Assembly (NCBI GenBank): GCA_973895155.1
Contig: OZ316891.1
Coordinates: 8,867,875-8,931,874, forward strand
Reading direction: 5' to 3'
Length of the DNA stretch: 64,000 bases
Source of the DNA: Marsupella aquatica
Taxonomy: Eukaryota > Plantae > Marchantiophyta
The notes below the pieces were generated by a model, which saw only the letters and a list, made by a program, of their open reading frames with translations, made no database searches and was not told where the DNA came from. Shown here piece by piece: positions 1 through 12,220 of the stretch (position 1 is the first letter of the stretch; every line of letters starts with the position of its first letter). The position numbers and the translations under genes were made by a program.

Positions 1-67
1 CGACAATACTGAGCTAGTATTCGGCTGGGAAGTTGGAGCTGGATCTCAGCAGTGGCTCCAAACCTTA

Positions 68-177
68 TCTGCGAGGGCATGGCGAGCTCTGGAGGACAAA
101 ATACTCAAAGAGCTTATCGCCATTCACGGAGCTCAGAACAGGAATTTTATAGCTGAAAAGCTAAACGGGCAGATCAG
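68..177 (+). pseudogene. Degenerate R2R3-MYB exon-1 fragment (R2 repeat)
   Basis: Translates SARAWRALEDKILKELIAIHGAQNRNFIAEKLNG, then after a 1-nt slip RSG followed by a GT donor (178-179). This matches the plant MYB pattern RGHWRPAEDxKLKELVxxxGPQNWNLIAEKLxGRSG|K. The second Trp is lost. Confidence 0.7.
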
Positions 178-459
178 GTGCTTCTCGTCTATGACCGCTA
201 CCAGATCGACTCTAGGTGTGCCATGCGTGATAGATTTGGGCGTCAAATAGTAGCAAGCAAGCAAGTACGATCGTCAAAGTAGGCAGCGCCTACCTCCCGA
301 TTGAGCAACGCAGCAATGCAGCTCCAATCCTGGCACTCCGGTTTGAGATATTGCAACACTCCCTGCAGTAGCCACCTCCCGTTTCAGCAAGCTAGCAGCT
401 CCCGTTTTAGAAAGCAGCAATGCAACACTCTCGACACCCACCTCCCGGAGCGCAACACT

Positions 460-1310
460 CTTGCTCGATCCTTCACTCCCGGGTTCACTTCAAGCAGCAG
501 CGCAGCTGCAAAGTCTCGCTCTCCCCTTCACTCCCGGGTTCACTTCAAGCAGCAGCGCAGCTGCAAAGTCTCGCTCTCCCATTCACTCTAATCAGCACAC
601 GCAACTGAGAAGTCTCGCTCTCCCCTTCACTCTAATCAGCGCACGCAACTGAGAAGTCTCGCTCTCCCCTTCACTCTAAGCAGCAGCGCAGCTGAGATGT
701 CTCGCTCTCCCCTTCACTCTAAACAGCAGCGCAGCCAGGAACTCTTGGTCGATCCTTCACTTCAAGCTGCAACGGCAGCAGCACAGCCGAGAGTGCAACA
801 CTCTCGCTCTCCCCTTCACTCCAAGTAGCAGCGCTTCACTCGATCCTTCGCTCGATCCTTCGCCAAGAACTCTCGCTCTCCCCTTCACTCTCGCTCTCCC
901 CTTCACTCCTTCGCTCGATCCTTCGCCGAGAACTCTTGCTTGATCTTTCACTCCAGCCGCAGCAGCAACGCAGCTCGATCCTTCTCCGAGAAATCTTGCT
1001 TGATCCTTCACTCCAGCCGCAGCAGCAACGCAGCTCGATCCTTCACTCCAGCCGCAGCTCGATCCTTCACTCCAGCCGCAGCTCGATCCTTCACTCCAGC
1101 CGCAGCTCGATCCTTCACTCCAGCCGCAGCAGCAACGCAGCTCGATCCTTCACTCCAGCCGCAGCAGCAGTGCAGTCGAGAGCACAACAGGAGTCGATCC
1201 TTCACTCCAGCAACAGTGTAGTCGAGAGCACACTCTCGCTCGATCCGACCTTCACTCCAAGTGCAGTCGAGAGCACACTCTCGCTCGATCCGACCTTCAC
1301 TCCAAGCAGG
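460..1310. repeat. Imperfect tandem repeat array (gctcgatccttcactccagccgca / ctcgctctccccttcactc units)
   Basis: Directly visible 24-45 bp repeats. The overlapping low-complexity ORFs in all frames are by-products. Confidence 0.9.
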
Positions 1311-1907
1311 AGCACAACTGGTTTAGACCCCGTTTAGACCATTTGCTGCAAGGTACAAACAAAAGAGACTCTGTTGAGGCAAAGAGCGGGTGGGGCCAAA
1401 GGGATAGTGGAGGGAAACGACACGGGAGGAGACTGACAAGGGCCAATTGAGGTAAACGAGACACGTTAAACAGAAAAATTTCAAACTTAATCCCGGTCAA
1501 ACCCTAAACGTGAGTCCCCATAAAACCAGATCATTCTCAAATTCTTGCCATGTTAACATATTAGAAAAATTAGGAAAATATATTGGGAATGTTATGTGTG
1601 CCATGTGTACCAATGACATAGTGACACGTGTACTTTACATAGTCCGACACAAAGACCCCCTAACTTCTTTGTATGCCTTCCATCTACAAAGTCAAAAATA
1701 TTAATATCCCTATTATTCTTACAAGTTGTCCAACATATAAAGTTGGCCCTATTGTTCTTACACAAATCTTCTTAAGTCTTCCGAGAAACCCAATTAACGG
1801 ACCCTATACTTCGTCGCACATGATATGAGATTTTCGCGGAGTGAGACCCCCGAGACAATTCCCTTGAGTCATCACCAAGGCAGGGGTTTGAAGATGTTGA
1901 TACAGCT

Positions 1908-2804
1908 TTGAGGTCAAACCCAAACCTAGTAGCAGTGATTACGTCCTCTACTCAGACTCCCAGGAATGCTACTATCAAGAAGAAGTATCCCAAGCTTCCC
2001 CAGGCTCAAGTACAGAAGTATGTAGACATCTGTAAGGTTATGCATGCCAACATGCCACCAGTTGGAGAATTCCGGAGATACTATTACTTAAAGAAAACTG
2101 AGGCGAGCTACATTTTTGACCTAAAGTATCATGGGACTTCTCGATTGGAAATGGCCCAATTTGATGAGCACTGGACTGACTCTGTCTACTTCCGACCTAT
2201 TCTGGCAATGATGTTGCTGCAAGGTGATGTAGAAGTGGAGGATCCTGACCTACTCCTGGCCTACTTTGGGAATTTTGCAGCTTATGTTTTGGACTTTGTG
2301 CTTACTTTTCTCATGCAGAGTAAGAAATCAACTTCTTGGCAGAACAACTACATCCCTAAGGAACCTAAGGTTATGCTGGTTTCAACCAGCACATTGGCTG
2401 ATAAGCAGAGAATCTGGGATAATGTCACCACTCACACTCTGGCCAAGTTCAACAGGTACTTTAAGGATGTTTGCTGGAGACTTTGACCTTTCTACTCGAA
2501 GAAGATGAGAACTAAGGATTTCATGGCCTATTATCCCCAGGTTCATGCTGCTACCTGCAATCACTATGATGTGATTGGAATTTATAGGGAGGCACTCCGA
2601 ATAGACTCTTGTTATTTGATGAGGAGAATGCCTGTGATGTATCCAGATAGGCAACTGAGATGTTGCCCTATTCTCGAGGTTCACCATGACAGGTTGAGCT
2701 CATGGAGGTTGTCCAATCAGGCACTGTTGCTTTCGTGGAGCTTCTCGAAATCAACGACATTCGACACCGAGACTAAGGCAGAAGTCCTAAGTGTTTTTAG
2801 TTAG
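1908..2804 (+). other. Unidentified ORF remnants (192 aa + 99 aa), probably TE-derived
   Basis: Two consecutive same-frame ORFs separated by a stop. No domain recognised. Followed by AT-rich repeat-like DNA. Confidence 0.3.
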
Positions 2805-4789
2805 TTTAGAGTAGTGCATCTTGTCCGATTCTTTTAGAAATATGTTCTAGAGCCTTAAAAGCTGTCATACTTCTTTAGTATATAGTCTGTACCTAGGAAA
2901 GTCTGTTGGCAGAATCTCAGAGTTTTCTGACTTATATTTAGGGAGTTAAAAATAGTTGAATTCGCTAAGTCTTCAAGTATACCGCATTATGTTTTTACTA
3001 GTTTACGAATTACTAGTTTAGTAATTACGAGTTCCGATAGACAGACAATTACGAGTTTACTAGTTCACAACTTTTACTAGTTTACAAGTTTAGACTTAGC
3101 CAGTTTTCTGGCTTTTCACTTACTGAATCGTCATTTTAACTTTTTGAGGAGTATGAAGAGGCATGTCTCTTCGACCCTATGACCTTTCACTCTATAGATT
3201 TTTACTATAAGACCCCTCCACCACTAGTGTAGGTGATGGTTAAGTTTGCCTTTTCCTTGTGTTAAACTAGTTGATCATGAATCTATGAGTTCAAGATCAG
3301 GTTTAACCTTTGGAAAGACTTACCTCCTTCTTGTGTTTTTACCCCTGATTTTAAACACAGGAAGTAAAATTCCTTTTGTGCAAATCTTTGGATGTTGTGA
3401 TGATAGATTCCTTTTTAGTGATTCATTGCAATCTCCTGAGTTCTTAGAGTTAACTCATTGAGTTTAAGCCTTATTGAAATCGATGGATTTTCTTTCATGA
3501 TACTTAGTACCATCTAAATGTTGAAGTAGCTACCTTTTAGATTTTATCTGAGTACCACTTAGAAAGAAAGGATAAGACATGTTGATGGCATTTTAAAAGT
3601 ACTCTAGTAAGCAGTGTAGATCTGAAAAGCAAACGTGGATTTGAATCCTTAAGTCTTTTCATAAATTTGACTTATGTCTAAGGAGCAACCTTGGTCAATT
3701 CCAGACTCCCTTAGCATACTTTAAGATATTTTCCTTTGTATTTTGTTAATCATTCCCTTCTCATTAATTTATAGTTATACAATGCTGAGTTACCATTAAA
3801 AACTACTCACCGCTGTGGAGCGATCTTTAAAATACCTTAGTAAAGTAATCAAACTTGATTACTATGTGTGGAAAACATTTTAAGTCTATTATTGTTGTTT
3901 AAATCTATCAAACCAATCCCATCTTGTTCTTTACGGGAACGAATACCGAGTTTGAAGAGCATTAAGTGTGTTTTTGGTTCTTCATAGAAAACTACAACTT
4001 CATCTAGCTAGTACTTTTATATAACAAATTGCCAAAAAACAAGAGGCATCCAACCAGGAGACACAAGTTCAAATTCAAGTACTTAGTTGATTGCAATCAT
4101 TTAAGTGTTGCAAATTTCTCAAGGGTATTCTTTGAACCGTGGTAGTTAGCAGAACTGGCTATTGATAATAAAAAGTACAGTCTCCCAGCTTGAGGGCTGC
4201 CAAAGCTCAGGGACTCACTCCAAGGGAGGTATCCCATACCATGTGCAAAGTTTTAAAGTAATAAACACCCTAAAACTCAAATATATTTACGGACCCCTAT
4301 GAGGGGTCCATTCTAAATTCCCTGGCACAAGGATGCATCACATCAACGAGGATGGTGACAAACAGGACAAAGCAGGTTTTCTGAAAAAAAAAACTTGTCA
4401 TGTTTGTGTCCATATTCATGTAAATTATGGGGTGCCATGCTGTAAGTATTGAACTTAAAAAGACTAGGAAAAAAACCAGAATACAAAGGAAAAGATGTAA
4501 GTCATTTAATAAAATAAAGCTACCATTCTAATGTTTGTCAATGAGATATCATTTGACATCAAAATAATGCTTGTATTTTATAATTGTTGCAAGCTTATAA
4601 AAACCAATCCATAGAAATGTACATAGTAAGAACCCCTCTCGCTCCACATGCTTTCAAGATAAAAATTTAGAGCCCAGAGAGGCATTGATGACTTTGTGGT
4701 AGCTCATTTGAGTAAAGATTGATAGGTCTTGGGTTCAACTATTGTGGCTGACTCTTCCTTTTATGTGGGGTTTCACAAATTCCCTTAAA

Positions 4790-5200
4790 TAAAAAGGTCA
4801 AAATTTAGAAATTCATGATCTCTTTAGTATAATTGTCTTGATAAACTCTCTCAATGTCATGCTCATTAGAAAGCTAGAGGAAAATTAGAAACTCATCATC
4901 TCTTTAGTACTTGACAAAATCTATCAATGTTAGGTTCATTGGAAAGCTAAGGAAATTTGGACACTCACCCGGGATACTCATGATCTCTCTAATTCTTGAC
5001 GAATACTCCCAATGTCACACATTAGAAAGCTAGAGAGATTAAAAATCTCATGCTCTTTAGTACTGTGACAAAATCTGACATGAAATTTGTCAGTTAGACA
5101 TAATGTTGGAAAGCCAAAAGAATTCATTGATGAACTCATGATCAAAATTTTTTATTGTCACACTCATTGGAAAGGCAGAGAAATTCAAAAACTCATTTGG
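4790..5200. repeat. Degenerate ~70-bp tandem repeat (aaattagaaactcatgatctctttagtacttgacaaaatct..ggaaagct), part of a dispersed repeat family
   Basis: About 5 copies. An inverted relative lies at ~29870-30040. The associated motif tacggacccc..ggggtcc..aaattcc occurs at 4288 and 29348, and inverted at 11575-11630. Confidence 0.6.
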
Positions 5201-5442
5201 AACAAAATTTGTCAATCTGAGGCTAATTGGAACCTTTTCTCGATTAAGAGATGTCACAATCTTGTCACCGTCATAAACTTAACTGATGGCAAATTGATTT
5301 TTTTGATTATGTCGTCATCGTTTGTTCGCAATGCTTGCTTCCCGACTTGAATTGTTTGCGTCCCTCCAAGCTTCAACTGAAGCTCACTCTGAACACAAGT
5401 TGACGCCAAATGCAACTTTGGAGGTCCCACATTCTCCGCCAA

Positions 5443-8158
5443 TCATTCTTTGAACCCTTCTATCATAGCCATACCGTTTGACATCTGAAGTAAGTTACAA
5501 CGTGAGAATCCAGCAGCTCCCAGAATTGCTTGGTACTCCTCCCTGCTTCTCTCCCGGGCACCCTTCAAATACGTCAGCATTATCAGGTCCATACACTCAA
5601 CATATTTACCCCGAATGTTGTTGTCATCCTTGTCCCTGAGAAACTCGGCAACGATTATCTTCCCGTTCTTTGCCGGCAGTGCTTTCCAGCAATTCTTCAG
5701 GATTTGGATGGCTTCTTCATCTCTGTAGTTGTGTAGAATCCACTGCATTCGAGTCCCAAGGCGATGAGTAATGAGAGCGATTGTCAAACAGTCAGTGTCA
5801 GTGTTCTTATTCACTTAAGGTTAAAGATCGACGCTGGCAAGAAAGAGAGAATTTAATAGGGTGGAGGCACGATCAATGTATGAAGAGACACTATTGCATA
5901 ATTTATTTTGGTTTCTTGCACACGTACGATCGTAAAATCGCCGTATCGCCCCAAATATATTAGCTCCGAACGAAACAACACGACAATGAGCCCAAGTTTT
6001 AGACACCATTCAATGAGTACTCAGAAAACGTTAATTAACGTCCATGCACCCTTTTTCTCTTAAATGTGATTCGCACCAAATCGGTCGAAAGTATTCAGAA
6101 GGTGGGAGCGACGTACGAACCTTAAGAAACATTGCGTCTCCTGATGGCACACTGTCGAAGAAACTGCCTCCGACATGTTGCACACCTGAGGCACAGAAAT
6201 TTTGGAGATAAAGTCACCGAATCTGTAAATAGTACCACTCAGAAGTACCTCTCTACATTTAAATTGGATGTGCCTGTACATGGAAGATGACAAAGAAGAT
6301 CATATCAGGGATTGAAACTAAACTTTCAAACTTACTGTAGATAACTTCAGAGGATGGCACAAAATTTAAGAGCTTGAAAATGAAGATTGGAGAAGGGGAT
6401 CGGTGAGGACCGCGCACCATTTGCAGGAGCTGTGGCAATAACATATGGCAGGTCGAAATTGATCCCTTGGATATGTGGGTTGTGAGCAACAACCTGAGAT
6501 ACAAAGCATCCCGTAGATCCGCCCACGTCGACCAGAGTATTCACACCGTCGAGCACACCCGAATGCAGCAAACTATCCAACGCTCCTTGCAAGACCACAT
6601 TGCTGTTGGCTGCCATCGCCTTTTGAAACGTTACCCGAAACTCGGGGTTGTCAAACTCATACACAGGCACTCCGAACGCGTTCGTGAAGGCATTGGTAGT
6701 CTCATCTAGAACGGCTTCCGGCAAGCAAAGCTCAGTAGGTGGAGCAACTGAGCTATTGACCAAATCTGCACAAAATGTCGGGCGGGGAAGTAGGTCCATA
6801 TTAGAGTTTACCAAAAGTTTACCGAACACTGGTACGAGAGTTTAATTCCCGTTTGTTTTCGTTAGCTCCGTACGATTATATTGAAGAACTCTAGATCGAG
6901 CAACGTACTGTGAATCGCTTAATTGCATATCCCTCCGAGCAATTAGCATACATGCTGTGGTACAAACATGATGGATCTGAACACAAATCAAGGTTGCAAT
7001 GGACCTCAATTTTTCTATCAAAACTTGTCGCGAATTAAATTGAGATTTGACACTCCAGTACGTAGTTAGAGCAATTTGCTCGTAGCTAGCTAGGAAAGGA
7101 ACTTTGCACAGGTCACAACTAGCTTTAGATCATATGCACTTGAATGGACGGCCGGTGGCCATGGCCATGATGCATGACAGCCGGGCATTTGAGATCTTTA
7201 GACGATGGTGTGTCTTGTTCACTGGCTGGCAGTAGTACACAATCATACTGACTAGAGTATGAACGTTACTATTAACTAGCATCGAGGCTGAGATGGGCTC
7301 CCCAACAGTTCTTGGACCAATCTTTTGCGACCATAAATGAAAATCCGTACGTCGCACACAAGAAGGCCATCGAGATTGCTACTGACTGTCTAGCAAGGAA
7401 TTTCCCACATGCACAGCTGACAAATGATTTTAGAATAAAATCTTACTTCAAAATTCTGCACAGGCTGTTCGACGGGGTGATCCTCGTGTGTCGTGGCTTG
7501 CCACCTACTAATGCCCTTATGCATCCGCATTTGTAGCCAGGATCAATGATAAAACACAGAACTAATCGATGAGGTGTGAAGGCGATTACTTACCTGAAAA
7601 GGGCGCGACGCTCATCGGATTTCCTCTAACGAACCACTGGGAGACTTCCGTAAGGCCATACACAGGTTGCTCATCGCCGTCCAGAGATTCACTAAAGACT
7701 CCTTCTCTCACTAAGGGCCTGAGGAGGCGTTGCAAATTCTGAACCACTATAGGTCCTGCAGGAGTGGATTTGGTTGGCAGTTGCCGTAGAATTTCCTCAG
7801 CCGACATGGGCATTCTCCCTTCTGCACTAGCGAGGATATCTGGGATACCTAACTTAAGTACAGTCTGGAGCGCCATGGAAACGAGTCTTGTGAAGATCAG
7901 ATTCTGTGCCACGAGGTGACTGGAATCGATTTGTGCAGTTCTTGCATCATTGATGCTGCTCATCGTGGCCATGGTTGCAAGTTTGTGCACAGATTTGCGC
8001 CTGGACCTCGCCCAGACCACCGAGTAGGGTTGAAGTGGCCCCATACGGCAACGACCATAGCTCGGCAACCACAAGCCGGATGTGCGAGCTTGCGACGGGG
8101 TTATGAACGGGCGGCCAAGTCCTAGAAGGTGCCGATGAGGGAAGGAAATGCACGACAT
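5443..8158 (-). CDS. COMT-like (class II) SAM-dependent methyltransferase, copy 1; 4 exons, 425 aa
   Basis: Exons 8158-7594, 6765-6418, 6185-6121, 5742-5443; all introns GT-AG; 1278 nt in frame. Dimerisation domain (ALQTVLKLGIPDIL, LQRLLRPL). Motifs LVDVGGSTG, GINFDLP, VGGSFFDSVPSGDAMFLKWILHNY, ILKNCWKALP, GARERS. Confidence 0.93.
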
Positions 8159-10649
8159 TTGTCCAGGACGAAAATCGATGCCAATACTGTCGGACTCCCA
8201 CTATCAAAGTTGCAAGCCCCACCAGATTTATCAAGATCTACCCTGCCTCAGGTGCATAAAAGGGAAACTAAGACAGTACGTTCTCGGATTCTCCACTTAG
8301 CTCTCGACCATCCAATTGAAATCTATTCAAGTTGGTGGATGTATCCGGTCTCATACAACGAGCCTACGACAGAAGTGAACGAAGAGTAACTGAGATTGAA
8401 TTGAATGGTTTCTTCGGGATCAATTGGAATAGCTAGAGAATATTATACTGAAGCATAACTTATTGTGTGCGACACTGATTGTTGTCATCTGATGTAATTG
8501 ACTCTAGTCCTACTGCTACCGAATTTTCTGTCGAGAAAAAGTGAAGAAAAGAGTGACGTCGGATTAAGAAAAGTGAGGTTCATAAGTGTACACATGGACT
8601 TCTGAGTTAGATCAACTTCCTGAATCTTGAAATAGCCTCATGAGTTTAATCTTGAAATAGCCAAACTTTTGATAATATATAAAAAGTGTGAATCTAATTC
8701 AGATTCTCCTCTTTGGGTCCAACCATGGCTTATCTACAAGTTTTAATAAAAGAAAATGCTTTGCTATACATAAATTGTACGTTATACATAAACCGTCAAT
8801 ATTAAATGATAGTGTAGAATATATAGTAGAAGTATCATTATCAATTATTATAATATGCTATGTGGCCAAAAATTTCATCGTTTGCATACAAATTTGGATA
8901 TGGAGGCAACAAACCTTAGCCATCAGAGTTTTTTAAATCTGAGTCAACACACCTTAAGCCATCAGATCAGATTTCTAAAAACTAAGATTTGTGTGGAATC
9001 ATTGAACTAACGGACCAGGAGTGTCCAATGGAAAGATATACTTATTTTTATAGTAAAATATATAGTATATGTGATCACTCCTATGTTACATCATCTGTAA
9101 TGTGTCTTTTACTGCATGTACCCAAGTAAGCACTTTGGGAAGATAATATTTTGGGGCATGCAAAACTTTTAAATTTGGCGTTTTGCATCGAATATGACAA
9201 TTTAGAAGGAAGAAGATTGGGTTACATTTGCTTCACTTTTCACTCTTTTTTTTGTCTTTATATAATTGTGTATATTTTCTCTTTATTTAGTTGTGCGGAA
9301 GGGAAGAAAAAGGGGGAGGAAAGGAGTGAAGAAATGAGAAAAAAGGAAGTAAAAGAAACATGCTAACTAAGGCAGAAAAAGAGAAGATTGTGCAACCACA
9401 CCTTGAGCCCCCAAAAAACTTTGTCTTGCTTGACATCTTTGCCTTCACATATTTTGTAGCATTAACATCTTTATTTTGCCTCAACATATTTCTTTGCCTT
9501 GACATCTTTGCCTTGCCTTGACCCCGACCTTGGGTCTTTACGTCTTTTGTCAGCTCAATATCTTGCCTTGCCTCCACATTATTTCATTGCCTCAACATCT
9601 CTATTCTTTAAACCACCACTGTCCATATAAAAGGAGAAGTGTCCAAGACTCCTCACTTTTTCTCATTTTTCTCCTCTGACTTTGCTCCACAATTTCAAGA
9701 AAAGTATACTAATAAATAATGGTGGAACCAGGTTTTGTCATGATGGACATTGGCACTTTAACAGCTTTTCTCAATTCGAGTTGTGCGCTGGGCTAGTTTA
9801 ATACTACACAGCTGGGCTAGTTTAATACTACACATTAATAACTTTTGCATTGTGACATCCACTCCCGTGCATGGGCTTCATTGCATATTAAGCTGGAGCA
9901 AGGGCCGGATCTTCCTCTTGGGAACACTTGTCTGCATTGTCACATCTAGAAAGACATCTTTACTATCCTTTGAACTTTAGTTGTCACCACTTATTTCTCA
10001 GTAATGTTGAGGTAACATTGTTTTCTGGGGTTGGTTTCCCCTGGCCCCTTAATTTGGGAATTCGTTGGGCATTTTCCCTTCCCTTTTTCCCTTTATTGGG
10101 TTGGTTTGCCTTTGGGACTCTCTTTGGCATTTTTTTTAAAGTACTTATGTTTTGGGGTCTCATTTACACAAAAATTAGTTCGTGGACCCCATCTGTTTTT
10201 ATTCGATCGAGATTGAATTGGAGCGCACTGCACAAGGCCCTCCTATGGTGAATCCGAAGTCAGCAGTGTTACTGCAGCAGCAAACACCAGTTCCACCTCC
10301 TTAAGTGTAACCTCTTCCATTTTCTTGTGAACTTACTGTATTTAGGTCTGCTGTCTAGCTTTTCTCCTGGATTCATCCATTCTGTAGTAGTCTTGAGGCA
10401 CAGTTTCCTGTTTGTAATGGTCAAAATTTCTGAACCTAATGTGCAGGACTTGTGCTTTGTAGAGAAAGGCAGGGACGGCGTCAGCATTGTGTGCCGCTGT
10501 CGTGGGTCACCACATGTGTCTCGCATCTAAATTGTAATAGTAATTTCCCTTGTTCAGTGTATCATAGATTACTTAGAAACAAAACAGTCCCTTTCGTTCC
10601 TTCAAAGCTGTACGTACAATTGATCTGGTTAAATATCGAATCTTCTCCA

Positions 10650-10832
10650 CTACAGCGGCTTTCGAGGCGTGGTATACCTCACTATATCCTGCACAATACT
10701 TTTGGCGTCGAATGAAGTGCCTAGAAGTCCTTTCCGTCCCAATCCAACCGCATACAAACCTCTTTCATCTTTCCACGATTGTTGCGAAGATGGCTTCGGA
10801 AAACCATTTTGGGCAAAGAAATTCTCTTCATC
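10650..10832 (-). pseudogene. Orphan last exon of a YUCCA-type flavin monooxygenase
   Basis: CAG acceptor at 10835-10833, then DEENFFAQNGFPKPSSQQSWKDERGLYAVGLGRKGLLGTSFDAKSIVQDI. This matches the YUCCA C-terminus (GFPK..WKGExGLYAVGFTRRGLLGASxDAxxIAQDI). No upstream exons found. Confidence 0.8.
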
Positions 10833-12220
10833 CTGTATTAGAGGGCATTTCATATGAGTCAAGATGAGTACAATATCTTTCACAATTGCCTAGAAACAAC
10901 TGAAGGTCACAAAATTATGATCAGTACAGTACTGCACTAGAGCGAATGAAATTTTTGAATCTCATTATGATTTCTTAGGAAACTGGTAACTCACATTCTC
11001 GTCGGCGGTTATTGACAATCAGACCGAACGCCAATCATAATTCCATACATTGACTTCCAATCATAATTATGTATGCAATGTTTTCAGGGAGTGCTGATTG
11101 AAAGTGAGAAATGATAACCCTTAGACTATCGACACACTTTCGAGAGGAATGCCCGAATTGAGAAGGCAAGAAGACAAGTAGATAGAATTATGATTGGCGT
11201 AAGCAGTGCAACTAACAAAAACGCAGTCAATCTCTGCACTTTCTGCACTCATAAGGTTAGTTTGGAAAGTTACCTTCTGCCGCTGCGGGATTCTTAACTG
11301 CCATGTTATGTTGTTTCATTTAATTAGTTACTTATTACTTATAGAATATATTGAATCACAATTCACAAAAAAGGGTGGGCCGTTGGTTACTCGCGGTAAA
11401 TAAAATTGAGTTGCAGGCCTACTCAGGGTAAATAAAACAGTTATTTTTTATTACTTTTTAATGAACATTTACGGCACGGCGTCCTCAATTTTACCAAAAT
11501 CCTGCCGCAAACACGAATGTTGGCATAATTTCATTGTGGAAACCAATCCGTTCATGTTTGCAGTGAGCCATGATGATGTGGCGCGCTGTGGAGTCAGGAA
11601 TTTTGGAAGGGACCTCTAGTGGGGTCAGTAATGACAGATCACATGCAATGGATGATAGTATCATTTTATGGGTTCTAAGGGAATATTTAAAAAAATTCCC
11701 AGAGTAGATATAGGGTATTTTAAATCCAATTGACACTTATAGAAAATATTATGGTATTTTAAATCAAAGTTTTGAAATATTCCAAGAATGTTTTGACTTT
11801 ATAGGGGTTAATAAAATATTTTTTTAAAACCACTTTAGGGGTCCTAGTCACAAAATCGTTGCAAGTGATGGGCTCCATGTAGCCAGACCCCCCGTGCATG
11901 TTGAGTGATCTAGACACAAACTGGGAAAGAACTTGTGTGTCTGCCACCTAGTAGCCCCAACCAGGCCAACTTGTTTTCGCGAAGAAAATCAAAGTGGGCA
12001 TGAAGACCTCTGAGTCAACAATGCACTGGTCCAGTAACGGTCCTTCTGCCAGCTAGCCTTCGGGTCGAGAAACTAATTAATCACAACCAGGCCTCCATTG
12101 ATCTTGAAGTTCACAGCACCAAGTCAGATCATTTCGGTACGTCCTTCTGACGTTCGAATTTCAATTATAGAAATGCTAGGGTAGAAACGTTAAAGTTGGA
12201 GGTCCCACATTCTCCGCCAA

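Larger units (their letters stand above)
1..1854. mobile_element. Right end of a P-like DNA transposon (left end outside the window)
   Basis: Ends in GTGAGACCCCCGAG (1841-1854), the reverse complement of the CTCGGGGGTCTCAC terminus at 23458. The last ~85 bp (cttcttaagtcttcc..accctatactt..gtgag) resemble the right ends at 25590-25673 and 23655-23737. A subterminal repeat array lies at 460-1310. Confidence 0.75.

Noticed and set aside
301-1337. Overlapping ORFs with repeats such as (ARSFTPAA)n; superficially CRISPR-like periodicity
   Set aside because: Tandem repeats without unique spacers, open in several frames; eukaryotic TE subterminal array.
9380-9610. ttgacatctttgcc degenerate repeats (similar at 33960-34165)
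   Set aside because: Probably TE-derived, but no ends or TSD could be identified.
11630-11896. AT-rich segment resembling a P-MITE right half
   Set aside because: Termini degenerate and no TSD, so boundaries cannot be supported.
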